Below, piece by piece: positions 1 through 9,539 of a stretch of DNA of 64,000 nucleotides. The stretch lies in the NCBI GenBank assembly GCA_963676835.2, contig CAXXFF010000004.1, forward strand, positions 224,001-288,000, in the 5' to 3' direction. The translations under genes and the position numbers were made by a program. How positions within the stretch are numbered: the stretch's first letter is position 1; every line of letters starts with the position of its first letter. This stretch comes from Marispirochaeta sp. GTDB lineage: Bacteria; Spirochaetota; Spirochaetia; JC444; Marispirochaetaceae. The notes under the pieces were generated by a model, which worked only from the letters and a program-made list of their open reading frames with translations, searched no databases and was not told the origin of the DNA.

Positions 1-1218
1 AAGAACGACAATAAGAGCGCCTATATACCGCACATACGTATTCAGCATATTACTCAGGGTTGCCCCCGAAATACCTGTCGCAACAAAGAGAGCGATACCC
101 ACCGGTGGGGTACACTGGCCGATGGCCATGTTTACAATGGTCATTACACCAAAGTGGATGGGATGGATGCCCAGCTTCTGAACAACCGGCCATATAATGG
201 GAACAACAATAATGATTATTGCCGAGGGATCCAGAAAGGTTCCAAGGATTATAAAGAAGAGGTTGATCAGCAACAGCAGTGCCCATTTATTACTGGTCAG
301 GGAGACCAGAAAGTTGGCAATCTGTGCGGGAATCTGCTCGGCGGCAAGAACCCAGCCAAAACTGGCAGCCGCGGCAATGGTCAGAACTACGACACCCGTG
401 GTAATGGCGGATTTAACCAGAACCTTGGGCAGGTCCTTCAGCTTCAATTCCCGGTAGATAAAAAACCCTACGATAAACGCATAAACCGCAGCAATGACCG
501 ATGCCTCGGTGGCGGTAAATATGCCTCCGGTAATTCCACCAACGATAATTACTACCGTAAAAAGGGCAAAGAAGGAGTCCGCCAGAGAGCGGATTGTATC
601 CTTGAAACTGGCCCTGGGTTCCGGGTCAATTTTACGGATCTTGGTATACACGATGTTTACCGCCATGAGAGAAAATCCCATTAAAATACCGGGAATAATT
701 CCGCCCATAAACAGGCCGCCGATGGAAATACCCGCAGTAACACCGAGAATAATCATGGGGATACTGGGAGGAATAACAATACCGATGGACCCTGCCGTGG
801 CCATTACACTGGTGGAGATATCCTTTCCATAGCCTTTCTGCTTCATGGCAGGGATAAGCAGACTTCCCACCGCCGCGGTATCCGCCGCAGCTGCACCGGA
901 AAGTCCGGCAAAAAACATTGCAGCAACTACACTGGCATTTGCAAGTCCTCCCCGGATATGTCCGATAAGGTTGGAGGCAAACTTGACCAGCCGGCGTGAG
1001 ATTCCGCCGGAATCCATAAAGCCGCCGGCAAGAATAAAAAACGGAACAGCAACCAGACTGAAGTTACTGCTGGCTCTGAACATTTTTACCACAATGGCGA
1101 TCAGATCTATATCGCTGAAAAACATCATCGATACAACAGTGGAAATAAGCAGACAAAAGGAGACCGGCATTTCCAGAATAAGCAATACGATAAAGGTTAT
1201 AAACAGGGTTGCAATCAT
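1..1218 (-). CDS. dctM: TRAP transporter large permease DctM (3' end runs off the window)
   Basis: Read by hand on the minus strand from ATG at 1218, which overlaps the dctQ stop (ATGA): MIATLFITFIVLLILGMPV...FAGLSGAAAADTAAVG...IPPSIPMII...GQCTPPVG; typical DctM motifs. Missing from the ORF track because it is truncated. Confidence 0.92.
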   Translation of the reverse strand, partial: MIATLFITFIVLLILEMPVSFCLLISTVVSMMFFSDIDLIAIVVKMFRASSNFSLVAVPFFILAGGFMDSGGISRRLVKFASNLIGHIRGGLANASVVAAMFFAGLSGAAAADTAAVGSLLIPAMKQKGYGKDISTSVMATAGSIGIVIPPSIPMIILGVTAGISIGGLFMGGIIPGILMGFSLMAVNIVYTKIRKIDPEPRASFKDTIRSLADSFFALFTVVIIVGGITGGIFTATEASVIAAVYAFIVGFFIYRELKLKDLPKVLVKSAITTGVVVLTIAAAASFGWVLAAEQIPAQIANFLVSLTSNKWALLLLINLFFIILGTFLDPSAIIIIVVPIIWPVVQKLGIHPIHFGVMTIVNMAIGQCTPPVGIALFVATGISGATLSNMLNTYVRYIGALIVVL

Positions 1219-1736
1219 TCTTCCGTATCCTCCTCCTGATTGATTCCGAGAATAACTTCAATGGTCTTTTCAAAGGCATGGATAAAGATAAAAAGACCGC
1301 TGGCAGGCATGGCAAGATAAGCCCAGGACATGGAGATGGGAATAATGTTCATCATCTGAATACTGTTCAGCAAGGTAAGCCGCCATCCCATAACCAGGAT
1401 AAACAGGGAAAAGAGACAAATCATAATCCAGACAAAGAGGCGGACTTTCTTAATCAGGAAGTCCGGCACTTTTTTCATCAGCAGATCAACAGAAAAATGT
1501 GACTTATAGTAGATGGCCATACTGGCACCAATAAAACTTGCCCAGGTAAAGGCATAGGTTAAAAGCTCTTCCGACCATCCGATTGGTGATTTAAGAATGA
1601 ACCTGGCAAATACCTGTAAAAATCCGAAAACAAGCATACTGACCATAAGGACAATAAGAATTACCTTTTCAATTTGCAGGATGAACCGGTTTACCCCCGC
1701 AACAGCGGTGACAAAACCATTGTTTCCTTCCGACAT
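1215..1736 (-). CDS. dctQ: TRAP transporter small permease DctQ
   Basis: 173 aa, 4 TM segments, QVFARFIL..PIGWSEEL and HFSVD motifs. Confidence 0.92.
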   Translation of the reverse strand: MSEGNNGFVTAVAGVNRFILQIEKVILIVLMVSMLVFGFLQVFARFILKSPIGWSEELLTYAFTWASFIGASMAIYYKSHFSVDLLMKKVPDFLIKKVRLFVWIMICLFSLFILVMGWRLTLLNSIQMMNIIPISMSWAYLAMPASGLFIFIHAFEKTIEVILGINQEEDTEE

Positions 1737-1749
1737 TCAAACACTCCTT

Positions 1750-2637
1750 CTATTTTTTTGCCGAGCCTTTCCACTCGACGGGAAACAGTTTTATGGTGGC
1801 AATCGATGACTCAGCCCCGAGGCCGGCATTTTTTGCTTTTAAAAACTGCTCGTAGGCACTCCGGGCAATATCCGCCGGGTAATCGAGCTCATCTGCAAGC
1901 TCCACAACCAGGCGCAAATCCTTTTCCGAGGTATTGATACTGCTGTAGGGAAAAAAGTCGTTGTTCAGCAGGAAAGGCACAAAATACTCGAAAAGTTTTG
2001 AGTTCCCCGCAGAATTGGTAACTATTTCGTAGAACATCCCCGGGTCGATTCCGCTTTTTGCACAAAGCCCCATGGCTTCCACAGATAGGGCTATGTGAGT
2101 ACTTGCAAGATGCTGGTGTACAACCTTGAATTTGCTTCCTGCACCCGGAGTATCCGCCAGGGTGTAGATTTTAGCCGATACAGCATCAAGGGCAGGCTGG
2201 ATCTTTTTAATATCCCCAGGTCTTCCGCTGAGCATCAGTGTCAGGGTCCCGTCATGGGCGCCCTTTTCCCCTCCGCTGACGGGGGTATCGACCAGCCCGA
2301 TGCCAATATCCTGAAGCCGCGAATCAAGATCTTCTATATAAGAAGGAGGAACGGTACTGGTGGAAACCACCACACTCCCCTTCTTCATCCTGTTTACTCC
2401 ATCATCAGAAAAAAGAGCCGACTCCATGTGGGCAGCTTCATTAACCATGACAAAGACCGCATCCGTCTTTTCTGCAACCTCGCTGAATGATGCTGCAGTA
2501 TTTCCGCCGGCTTCCCGGAAAAGAGCAAGACGTTCTTCACTTAAATCCACGCCGGTAACAGAGAGCCCGGCGGACAGCATATTCTTTGCCATGTTGATTC
2601 CCATGGCACCAAGACCAATTACGGTAAAATGACTCAT
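1750..2637 (-). CDS. NAD(P)-dependent beta-hydroxyacid dehydrogenase, L-threonate dehydrogenase (LtnD)-like
   Basis: GLGAMG Rossmann motif, DTPVSGG, and GSKFKVVHQHLASTHIA resembling the LtnD/YgbJ catalytic-lysine region. Confidence 0.8.
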   Translation of the reverse strand: MSHFTVIGLGAMGINMAKNMLSAGLSVTGVDLSEERLALFREAGGNTAASFSEVAEKTDAVFVMVNEAAHMESALFSDDGVNRMKKGSVVVSTSTVPPSYIEDLDSRLQDIGIGLVDTPVSGGEKGAHDGTLTLMLSGRPGDIKKIQPALDAVSAKIYTLADTPGAGSKFKVVHQHLASTHIALSVEAMGLCAKSGIDPGMFYEIVTNSAGNSKLFEYFVPFLLNNDFFPYSSINTSEKDLRLVVELADELDYPADIARSAYEQFLKAKNAGLGAESSIATIKLFPVEWKGSAKK

Positions 2638-2638
2638 A

Positions 2639-3652
2639 TCAACCCGCCAGATACTTATAAATACTTTCCGCCAGAGGAATTCCTTCCTTCAGAGATTTCT
2701 CCATGGTTTTCTGCTCAATCTCTCCGGGGATCATCACCTTTTGAAAACCAGGAGCGGGAGCTACAGAACGAAGCTCATCGATCATTGCCTGGGCGTGATC
2801 AAGGGAAGCCCGGGCATCACCGAAGACGGAGGGATCGATAACAATCATGACAGAAGAGAGGTCACGATAGGATTCATAATCACCGTACATTCTCTTAAGA
2901 TGGGGCCCGAAAACTCCGCCAACCATAATACCGGTGAGGGCTTCGATCATTACCGTAATGCCATAGCCTTTTGCACCGCCGAAAGGAAAAAGAGACTTTG
3001 CTTTTTCCGGGTCGGTTACGGGATTTCCATCCACATCTACCGCCCAGCCTTCCGGAATAGGCTGCTTTTTCTCTTTTGCATAGACAATCTTGCCGAATGC
3101 AACCTCACTGGTTGCCATATCCAGAAGAATATTGTCTTTAGTTCCAGGATACCCGAAGGCAAAGGGGTTGGTTCCAAAGAAAGGGGTACTGCCTCCGAAA
3201 GGAACTACGCAGGCATCGGTATTAACCATAAACATGGCGGACATCTTCTGATCCATGGCCATCTGGATATAATAGGCAAGTGCCCCGCAATGGCTGTTGT
3301 TCTTTACCGCCATCATACAAATACCCTCGTTACGAGCAATTTTGATGGCCTCTTCCGTGGCATAGCGGCTTACCACATGGCCCATTCCCCCCTGAGCATC
3401 TACAAGTGCAACTGAGGGCTTAAGCATATCCACTTTCAGTTCGGGAGACAGGTTCATTCCGCCCGCTGCAATGCGCTGGGCATAATGCTCAACCCGCACA
3501 GCCCCATGAGAATGGACTCCCCTCAGTTCGGCAAATACAAGCACATCAGCAACAATGGCTGCCTCTTTTTCCGGCAGTTTTGCTTCCGTAAGTTTATTGA
3601 TAATGAGCTTTTTCAGCTCCTCGGCTTTTACCGTAACCATTCCATCGGACAT
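2639..3652 (-). CDS. allD: Ldh_2-family oxidoreductase, ureidoglycolate dehydrogenase-like
   Basis: RGVHSHGAVRVEHYAQRI, GTNPFAF, DMATS and KGYG motifs closely resemble AllD; substrate uncertain. Confidence 0.7.
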   Translation of the reverse strand: MSDGMVTVKAEELKKLIINKLTEAKLPEKEAAIVADVLVFAELRGVHSHGAVRVEHYAQRIAAGGMNLSPELKVDMLKPSVALVDAQGGMGHVVSRYATEEAIKIARNEGICMMAVKNNSHCGALAYYIQMAMDQKMSAMFMVNTDACVVPFGGSTPFFGTNPFAFGYPGTKDNILLDMATSEVAFGKIVYAKEKKQPIPEGWAVDVDGNPVTDPEKAKSLFPFGGAKGYGITVMIEALTGIMVGGVFGPHLKRMYGDYESYRDLSSVMIVIDPSVFGDARASLDHAQAMIDELRSVAPAPGFQKVMIPGEIEQKTMEKSLKEGIPLAESIYKYLAG

Positions 3653-3703
3653 ATATATTTCCCCTTAATTCGCACTGTTAGAAAGCTGTCAGACCAGTTT
3701 TCC

Positions 3704-3717
3704 TGCAAGCGCTTTCA
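3704..3717. promoter_or_regulatory. LacI/GalR-type operator TGCAAGCGCTTTCA
   Basis: 14-bp near-palindrome with central CG, upstream of the allD-like gene; second copy at 3830. Confidence 0.6.
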
Positions 3718-3829
3718 GTTTATTTCAGCAATTTCATCCACTATAAACCCGGTTTTTCGATCACGCAACGTTTTTCTGGTAATTTTTTACCAAATTGTGC
3801 TTTTTTCGGTTCCATGCCGGCTTTTGTGC

Positions 3830-3843
3830 TGATAACGCTTTCA
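3830..3843. promoter_or_regulatory. LacI/GalR-type operator TGATAACGCTTTCA
   Basis: Second copy of the 3704 motif in the same divergent intergenic region. Confidence 0.55.
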
Positions 3844-3911
3844 GTCATTTTCACATTCTTCCCAATAAGCTGTAGACATAGATAAGAGAGGGCTGATAGC
3901 ATTCTTCCGGA

Positions 3912-4655
3912 ATGGCTGAGAAAACTCCCGGAAAAGATGCTCTTTTGAGAAAAATTTTAGGTTCTCTTGAAACAGAAAGCAAATCTGAGGCGAAAAAATT
4001 TCAGACAAACAATGATATAGCTGCTGTCCTCATTGCCCTGAGAACCAATACCACCGGGAAGTACGAGGTTCTCTTAACCCGCAGGTCTCATAAGGTGACA
4101 CAGCCGGGGGACTACAGTTTCCCGGGAGGCCACATTAGCCGCCTGCCGGATTGCCTTATTGCAGCTGTACTGAGCGTATTACCTGCAGGCAGGAATATCC
4201 GCAAAGAAACCTGCCGCAGTTCCAGCCTGCTTGCTGCAACTGCGGTCCGTGAGGCATGGGAGGAAATACGCCTGAATCCGTTCAGGCTGAAGCTGATCGG
4301 CCAACTTCCCTTACGAGAACTAATCAATTTCAGAAAAGCAATCTACCCGGTACTTGCTTTTACTAACCAGACCAGCGGGTTTCGGTGTAATGATGAGGTG
4401 GAAGACCTGATATTCGTTAAGATAGATGACCTGCTGAATCCCGACCGCTATTCCGCACTTCGAGTCAACCTGCCGACGGGACCAAAGGAGACAATATGCT
4501 TTCATCTTCCGGGAGCACCCCACTTCATCTGGGGCGCGACACTGTTTATCTTGCTGGATTTTCTGAAGAGGGCCTTTGACTTTATTCCGCCGGAGCGGGA
4601 GAATTTGCCGTTAGTGGAGTATGCGCTGCCGGTGGGGTATCTGCCGGGGGAGTAG
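3912..4655 (+). CDS. NUDIX hydrolase, CoA pyrophosphatase-like
   Basis: LLTRRS...QPGDYSFPGG, then REAWEEIRL; C-terminal IWGAT motif. Confidence 0.85.
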   Translation: MAEKTPGKDALLRKILGSLETESKSEAKKFQTNNDIAAVLIALRTNTTGKYEVLLTRRSHKVTQPGDYSFPGGHISRLPDCLIAAVLSVLPAGRNIRKETCRSSSLLAATAVREAWEEIRLNPFRLKLIGQLPLRELINFRKAIYPVLAFTNQTSGFRCNDEVEDLIFVKIDDLLNPDRYSALRVNLPTGPKETICFHLPGAPHFIWGATLFILLDFLKRAFDFIPPERENLPLVEYALPVGYLPGE

Positions 4656-4660
4656 AAGAC

Positions 4661-4690
4661 AAAAAGCGTTCGGAAAACCCGAACGCTTTT
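4661..4690. terminator. Bidirectional intrinsic terminator
   Basis: AAAAGCGTTCGG-N5-CCGAACGCTTTT hairpin between convergent genes. Confidence 0.85.
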
Positions 4691-4725
4691 AATGTTAAAA
4701 ACAGATCTTTAGAAGAGAGCCCACC

Positions 4726-6210
4726 CTACAATAGCCCCACATCCTTAATCTCTTCCCCTGTATGCGGCTGGGGCGGCCAGTGGCTCCCCCGCTGACCGAA
4801 TAATCCGGGAATCGGCACGTATGCATATTCCTTGGGCTTCATTCCCTTAAGGACAGGACCATCAAACCACTCAGAATCATTTCCGTATAGCTGCTTTGAC
4901 AACTCAAGTTTCAGCCTGTCCAGTGTTTCTGAATACTCTGATGACGCAACAAGATTATGAAGATCCTCCGGATCATTAAGTACATCGAATAACTGAAAAA
5001 CATTTCCCGAGGAATAGTAAATCAGCTTATACCTGCCGTCATGAATCATACGGGTAGCATTAACTCCTTCCGCTTCTTCTCCGTAAAGAAAGTCACGCTT
5101 TTTTTCTCCCACAACAGAAATACCTTCAACCGAATCGGGAATTGGGATATCACACAGATCAAGCAATGTCGGCATTACATCCTGCAGGCCTACAAGCCGC
5201 GAATCCGTCGTGTTCTTTTTTACCCGTGTATCATTCGCCGGTCCGGTAAGGATAAACGGGACCCGGGCGGAATACTCGTAAAAGCAGCGCTTCGCCCACA
5301 GGCCATGATTGCCCAGCATATCACCATGATCGGAAGTAAACATGATGTATGTATTCTCCAGAAGCCCTTCTTCTCGCAAAGTCCCGATCACTCTTCGGAT
5401 CTGGTGATCGATATGGGTAACCGTTGCATAGAATGCACGGCGGGCATCAAGAATCATAGAGTCATTAAACCAGCGGGTATATTCAGTCGATTTCTGAAGC
5501 TTTGCCGGAAGTTTTTCTGAATCTGAAGCCCATTCACCTTTTACCGGAGTATCCATTTCAAGATTCCGGTACAGGTTAAGATAATACTCCGGTGGAGTCA
5601 GCGGAGGATGAGGAGCAACAAAAGACATGTAAAAAAATGCAGGGCGTGTCGGGTCACGACGCTTGATATACTGCGACATCTTTGCCGCTGTCCAGTTTGT
5701 ATTATGCATTTCTTCCGGCAGATGCCAGGGCCGGGTTACATACTGGTTATTACCCATACCATGCCCGAAAGCCTCTCCCGGATATCCATGTTCCCCGAGG
5801 AATTCCTCGTAATCATCAACAACCCCGTGGTGCCCGCGCCCCTCCTCAGCAAGAAGCACATCGTCGAAACCGATCCGGTCCCGCTGAGGAAAAACATGAA
5901 GCTTGCCGACTGCATATGCCTGATACCCGGCATTGCGGAAAGTCTGTGCCAGTGTCGGAAAATCCGGCATTTCAAGGGTCTGCTGAAAAATTCTGTCCCC
6001 ATGTTTCTGTGGTGTGGTACCGGTCATCATGGTGCGACGCGCCGGTATACATACAGGGCACTCGGAATAGGTACGGTTAAAACGAGTGCCGGTACGCGCC
6101 AGTTCATCCATGGTGGGCGTCTGAATTACATTGTGCCCTTCAGATCCGAGAAGCGGTCCGGGCCAATGATCGGTACAAATTAGAAGTACATTCTTTTGGG
6201 GTTTACTCAT
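4726..6210 (-). CDS. Cys-type (formylglycine) sulfatase, cytoplasmic
   Basis: CIPAR signature (CxPxR), GKLH, PHPP, SDHGD; no signal peptide. Confidence 0.93.
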   Translation of the reverse strand: MSKPQKNVLLICTDHWPGPLLGSEGHNVIQTPTMDELARTGTRFNRTYSECPVCIPARRTMMTGTTPQKHGDRIFQQTLEMPDFPTLAQTFRNAGYQAYAVGKLHVFPQRDRIGFDDVLLAEEGRGHHGVVDDYEEFLGEHGYPGEAFGHGMGNNQYVTRPWHLPEEMHNTNWTAAKMSQYIKRRDPTRPAFFYMSFVAPHPPLTPPEYYLNLYRNLEMDTPVKGEWASDSEKLPAKLQKSTEYTRWFNDSMILDARRAFYATVTHIDHQIRRVIGTLREEGLLENTYIMFTSDHGDMLGNHGLWAKRCFYEYSARVPFILTGPANDTRVKKNTTDSRLVGLQDVMPTLLDLCDIPIPDSVEGISVVGEKKRDFLYGEEAEGVNATRMIHDGRYKLIYYSSGNVFQLFDVLNDPEDLHNLVASSEYSETLDRLKLELSKQLYGNDSEWFDGPVLKGMKPKEYAYVPIPGLFGQRGSHWPPQPHTGEEIKDVGLL

Positions 6211-6221
6211 TTAATTTCCCT

Positions 6222-7733
6222 TTATTCGTTAATCGCCGTTTTTGCTTTCTCGATTACATTCTTCTTTCCGTGGTAATCCTGGTACAGCGTCCATCCCAGG
6301 GTGGATACAGCAATGATCAGAAAGACAAGCGAGATTGGGCGGGTAATAAACGGCATCAGCGATCCATTCGCGTACATAAGACTCGAGCGCAGATTCAGCT
6401 CCGCGATACTGCTGAGAATGAAACCGATAATAAACGGCCCGAGAGGTATCTTTGCTTTCTCCAGAAAGAATCCGACTATGCCGAAACCGAACATAACCCA
6501 GACGTCAAAGAAGCGGTTATTGAGGGCGAATGTCCCGATAACGCAGAAAACTATCAGCAGAGGCTGTAAAATCGCCCGGGGAATATCAACAAGCCTGACC
6601 ATGATCAGACTTCCACCGATCATAATAAAAAACATGAAAATATTGGCCACGAAAGAGGAAGCCATAATGCCGTATACAATTTCCGGATCGCTGGTAAACA
6701 GCAGGGGGCCGGGGTTAAGATCGTGAAGAACCAGGGCTCCAAGAAGAATCGCCGTTACGATGCTCCCGGGAATTCCCAGAGTGATCAGCGGGATTAATGC
6801 CCCATTAATCGTTGCATTGTTGGCCGCCTCTGATGCAATAATTCCCTCTTCTGAACCGGTTCCAAAGCGTTCCGGTGTTTTGGATGAATTCTTTGCAGCC
6901 CAGTAAGCCATTATTGATCCAATAGTAGCACCGACTCCGGGGAGTATCCCTATCCAGGTACCGATTATCGAGGACCGTATCAGGTTTACTCCGTTTTCCC
7001 TAATCTCTTTAAAGGAAAGAAACATTCCCTTGAAGGAAAGCGGAATACGTTCCATTTTGGTTTCCACATCGGCAACATCATTGAGAATCTGGTTTATACC
7101 GAACAGACCGATCAGAACAGGCAGCAGACCGAAACCGCCGATCATATCCGGCGAGCCGAAGGTCATCCTGACTCTGCCCACAATGGGATCCACTCCCGGA
7201 ACTCCCACAAGCAGCCCGAGAAAGCCGGCGATTATAGCCCTGAGAATGCTTCCCTGACCTACAGCAGCAATAAGCACCAGGGCCATCAGAACAAGGGAGA
7301 ATATTTCGAAGGAGGTAAACTTGAGCGCGAAGCGAGCCATTACCGGCGATAAGAGGACAAGAAATATCCAGGCGACCAGTCCCCCGATAAAAGAGGCAGT
7401 AATGCCAAGACCGATGGCACGTCCTGAATTTCCAGCCCGGGCCATGGGATAACCGTCAAAAGTAGTAACCACCGATGCCGGCGTGCCGGGAATTCTAAGC
7501 AGCGTCGCAGTTATCAATCCTCCGCTTATTGAACCGATATACATGGATATAAGCAGGGTAATTGCATTAACGCTGGACATGTAATAGGTCAAGGGCAACG
7601 TAAGAGCAATGAGCATCGACCCGGTGAGTCCTGGAATCGCCCCAACCGTGCATCCCAGAAATACCCCGAGGAAGATATAAAATAACGGCATCGGCGCCAT
7701 AAGATGTGCAAAAGCACTGAATAAATAGGTCAT
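6222..7733 (-). CDS. tctA: Tripartite tricarboxylate transporter large subunit TctA
   Basis: GAIPGL, IPGTPAS..TTFDGYPMA, ASEAANNA, LGIPG motifs. Confidence 0.95.
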   Translation of the reverse strand: MTYLFSAFAHLMAPMPLFYIFLGVFLGCTVGAIPGLTGSMLIALTLPLTYYMSSVNAITLLISMYIGSISGGLITATLLRIPGTPASVVTTFDGYPMARAGNSGRAIGLGITASFIGGLVAWIFLVLLSPVMARFALKFTSFEIFSLVLMALVLIAAVGQGSILRAIIAGFLGLLVGVPGVDPIVGRVRMTFGSPDMIGGFGLLPVLIGLFGINQILNDVADVETKMERIPLSFKGMFLSFKEIRENGVNLIRSSIIGTWIGILPGVGATIGSIMAYWAAKNSSKTPERFGTGSEEGIIASEAANNATINGALIPLITLGIPGSIVTAILLGALVLHDLNPGPLLFTSDPEIVYGIMASSFVANIFMFFIMIGGSLIMVRLVDIPRAILQPLLIVFCVIGTFALNNRFFDVWVMFGFGIVGFFLEKAKIPLGPFIIGFILSSIAELNLRSSLMYANGSLMPFITRPISLVFLIIAVSTLGWTLYQDYHGKKNVIEKAKTAINE

Positions 7734-7742
7734 ACATTTACC

Positions 7743-8243
7743 TCACGGAAGGTTAACAACAAGAACTTTCGTAAAAACCAGATACAGAATCTGACTCATC
7801 CCAACAGCCAATACGAACAGTGTCGGGAAGAAAACTGCATTGGATACTTTACGCTCCTGTCTGTGCAGAAGAATTCCAAGAAAAAGCAGAAGAACAACCG
7901 TGCTTATCCTGAATCCTATGAGGCCAATCAGGAAGATATAGGCAACTGTTGAGATTGCCGTGACCAGAGACATCAGCGGCTTGCCGGTTTTGGACTCTGC
8001 CGGAGTTCCCTCCTGTACAGCAGTACCAATGCTCTTGAGGGCACGAAATTTTCTGAAGCCCTGAGCAATAAGTGGAATGGAAAACAGAATAAGACTGAGA
8101 CTTAATGCTTTGGGGAGCGCAGCAGGACCTAAGGGTTCATACTCTGAAGGCTTTAATTTCAGACTCTCCAGGAACACCAGAACACTGATTACAACAAGCC
8201 CTGTGGACAGGGAAAAATCAGCGATATAAGATTTATCTTTCAT
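7743..8243 (-). CDS. tctB: Tripartite tricarboxylate transporter small subunit TctB
   Basis: 4 TM segments, GPAALP motif, C-terminal LVVNLP; between tctC and tctA. Confidence 0.88.
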   Translation of the reverse strand: MKDKSYIADFSLSTGLVVISVLVFLESLKLKPSEYEPLGPAALPKALSLSLILFSIPLIAQGFRKFRALKSIGTAVQEGTPAESKTGKPLMSLVTAISTVAYIFLIGLIGFRISTVVLLLFLGILLHRQERKVSNAVFFPTLFVLAVGMSQILYLVFTKVLVVNLP

Positions 8244-8336
8244 TGTATGTGTGGTTCTCTCCGAATTGGAAAATAAACATCCCTGTGCAGACTGATGGTT
8301 CCGCCTGCATCAGGGTGCTGATAATCTGGATGCTTT

Positions 8337-9317
8337 TTATTTTCCCAGGTTATATATCTCGCCAAGCTTCTGGAGCTTATCTCCTTCAGCCTGAATCGCC
8401 TGCCTTAATACATCCCCCCGTTTGTATGAAGGAACCATAATCATTTCTTCCATTTTGGAACGAATGGCCGGATCCTGCATTACTTTCTCGAGGGTATCTG
8501 CCAGGTATTCAACTATGTCAGCTGATGTTCCGGGAGGGGCAAAAAACCAGTAACTTACGGGCTGAACAAAGTCTATTCCCTGCTCTTTTGCAGTAGGAAT
8601 ATCCTCCATACCCTTAACCCGTTCGGGCGCATAGACTGCCAGAGTTCTCATTTCACCGGACTGCTGATACTTAGCAACTTCATTAGTACCCATAATAGTC
8701 GTATCAACATTATTTCCCAGCACAGAGGCAATCCGCTGGGATCCGTCCCCGATGTGGACCATGTTGTATTCTCCTCCGGCAGACTGCTGAACTCCGAGAC
8801 TGGTAAAATGGGTAATGGCACCGATATTTGTCGCGATACGAACAGACTGGGGCTTATCCTTTAATGCCTTTGCAAGTTCGCCGAAGTTATTCCATTTAGA
8901 TTTTGCTCCAGTCGCTTCACACAGATAGTAGGTTCCGGCTTCCGCAATGGGAACAAAATCAAAGGGGCCGAAATCAGTGTTGCCAAGGATTTCATTAGTC
9001 CAGATATTTACAATATTCATCAGGATGGTATATCCGTCAGGATCTGCCTCAAGAACTTCACGTGATCCGATAGCACTTGCACCACCACCCATATTCACCA
9101 CAACAACCGGAACCGGGAGCAGTTCTTCAAGCTTGCGCACAAGCAGACGGGCCTGTGTATCGGTACCTCCACCGGCACCATAGGGAACAATCAGTTTAAT
9201 GGGCTTGGCAGGATACTCCGCGGAAGCCGCCTGCTCTTTTTCGGCAGAGCCTTCGGCAAACACAAAAGGAACAAGCATAATAAAAACAACACATAACAGC
9301 AGGATTCTTTTCAACAT
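8337..9317 (-). CDS. tctC: Tripartite tricarboxylate transporter substrate-binding protein TctC (Bug family)
   Basis: Signal peptide, YPAKPIKLIVPYGAGGGTD, PDGYT; start moved to ATG 9317 behind an AAGGAG RBS. Confidence 0.93.
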   Translation of the reverse strand: MLKRILLLCVVFIMLVPFVFAEGSAEKEQAASAEYPAKPIKLIVPYGAGGGTDTQARLLVRKLEELLPVPVVVVNMGGGASAIGSREVLEADPDGYTILMNIVNIWTNEILGNTDFGPFDFVPIAEAGTYYLCEATGAKSKWNNFGELAKALKDKPQSVRIATNIGAITHFTSLGVQQSAGGEYNMVHIGDGSQRIASVLGNNVDTTIMGTNEVAKYQQSGEMRTLAVYAPERVKGMEDIPTAKEQGIDFVQPVSYWFFAPPGTSADIVEYLADTLEKVMQDPAIRSKMEEMIMVPSYKRGDVLRQAIQAEGDKLQKLGEIYNLGK

Positions 9318-9539
9318 AAAAACTCCTTTATTGAACATACGCTGTTTATTTAACCAATACCATACATATTGGATTAACTGTGATCATGAGATTGCCTACT
9401 TATGAACACACAGCGTTCCTAAACCCTACCATCACCTTTTTACCCTGTCAAGATTTTTTTTGAACACATATTGTTCCTAATTAACTGAATCACCGACTCC
9501 CAGCTTGACGTGTCGAATATTTTGTTGTAGGACAATAAT

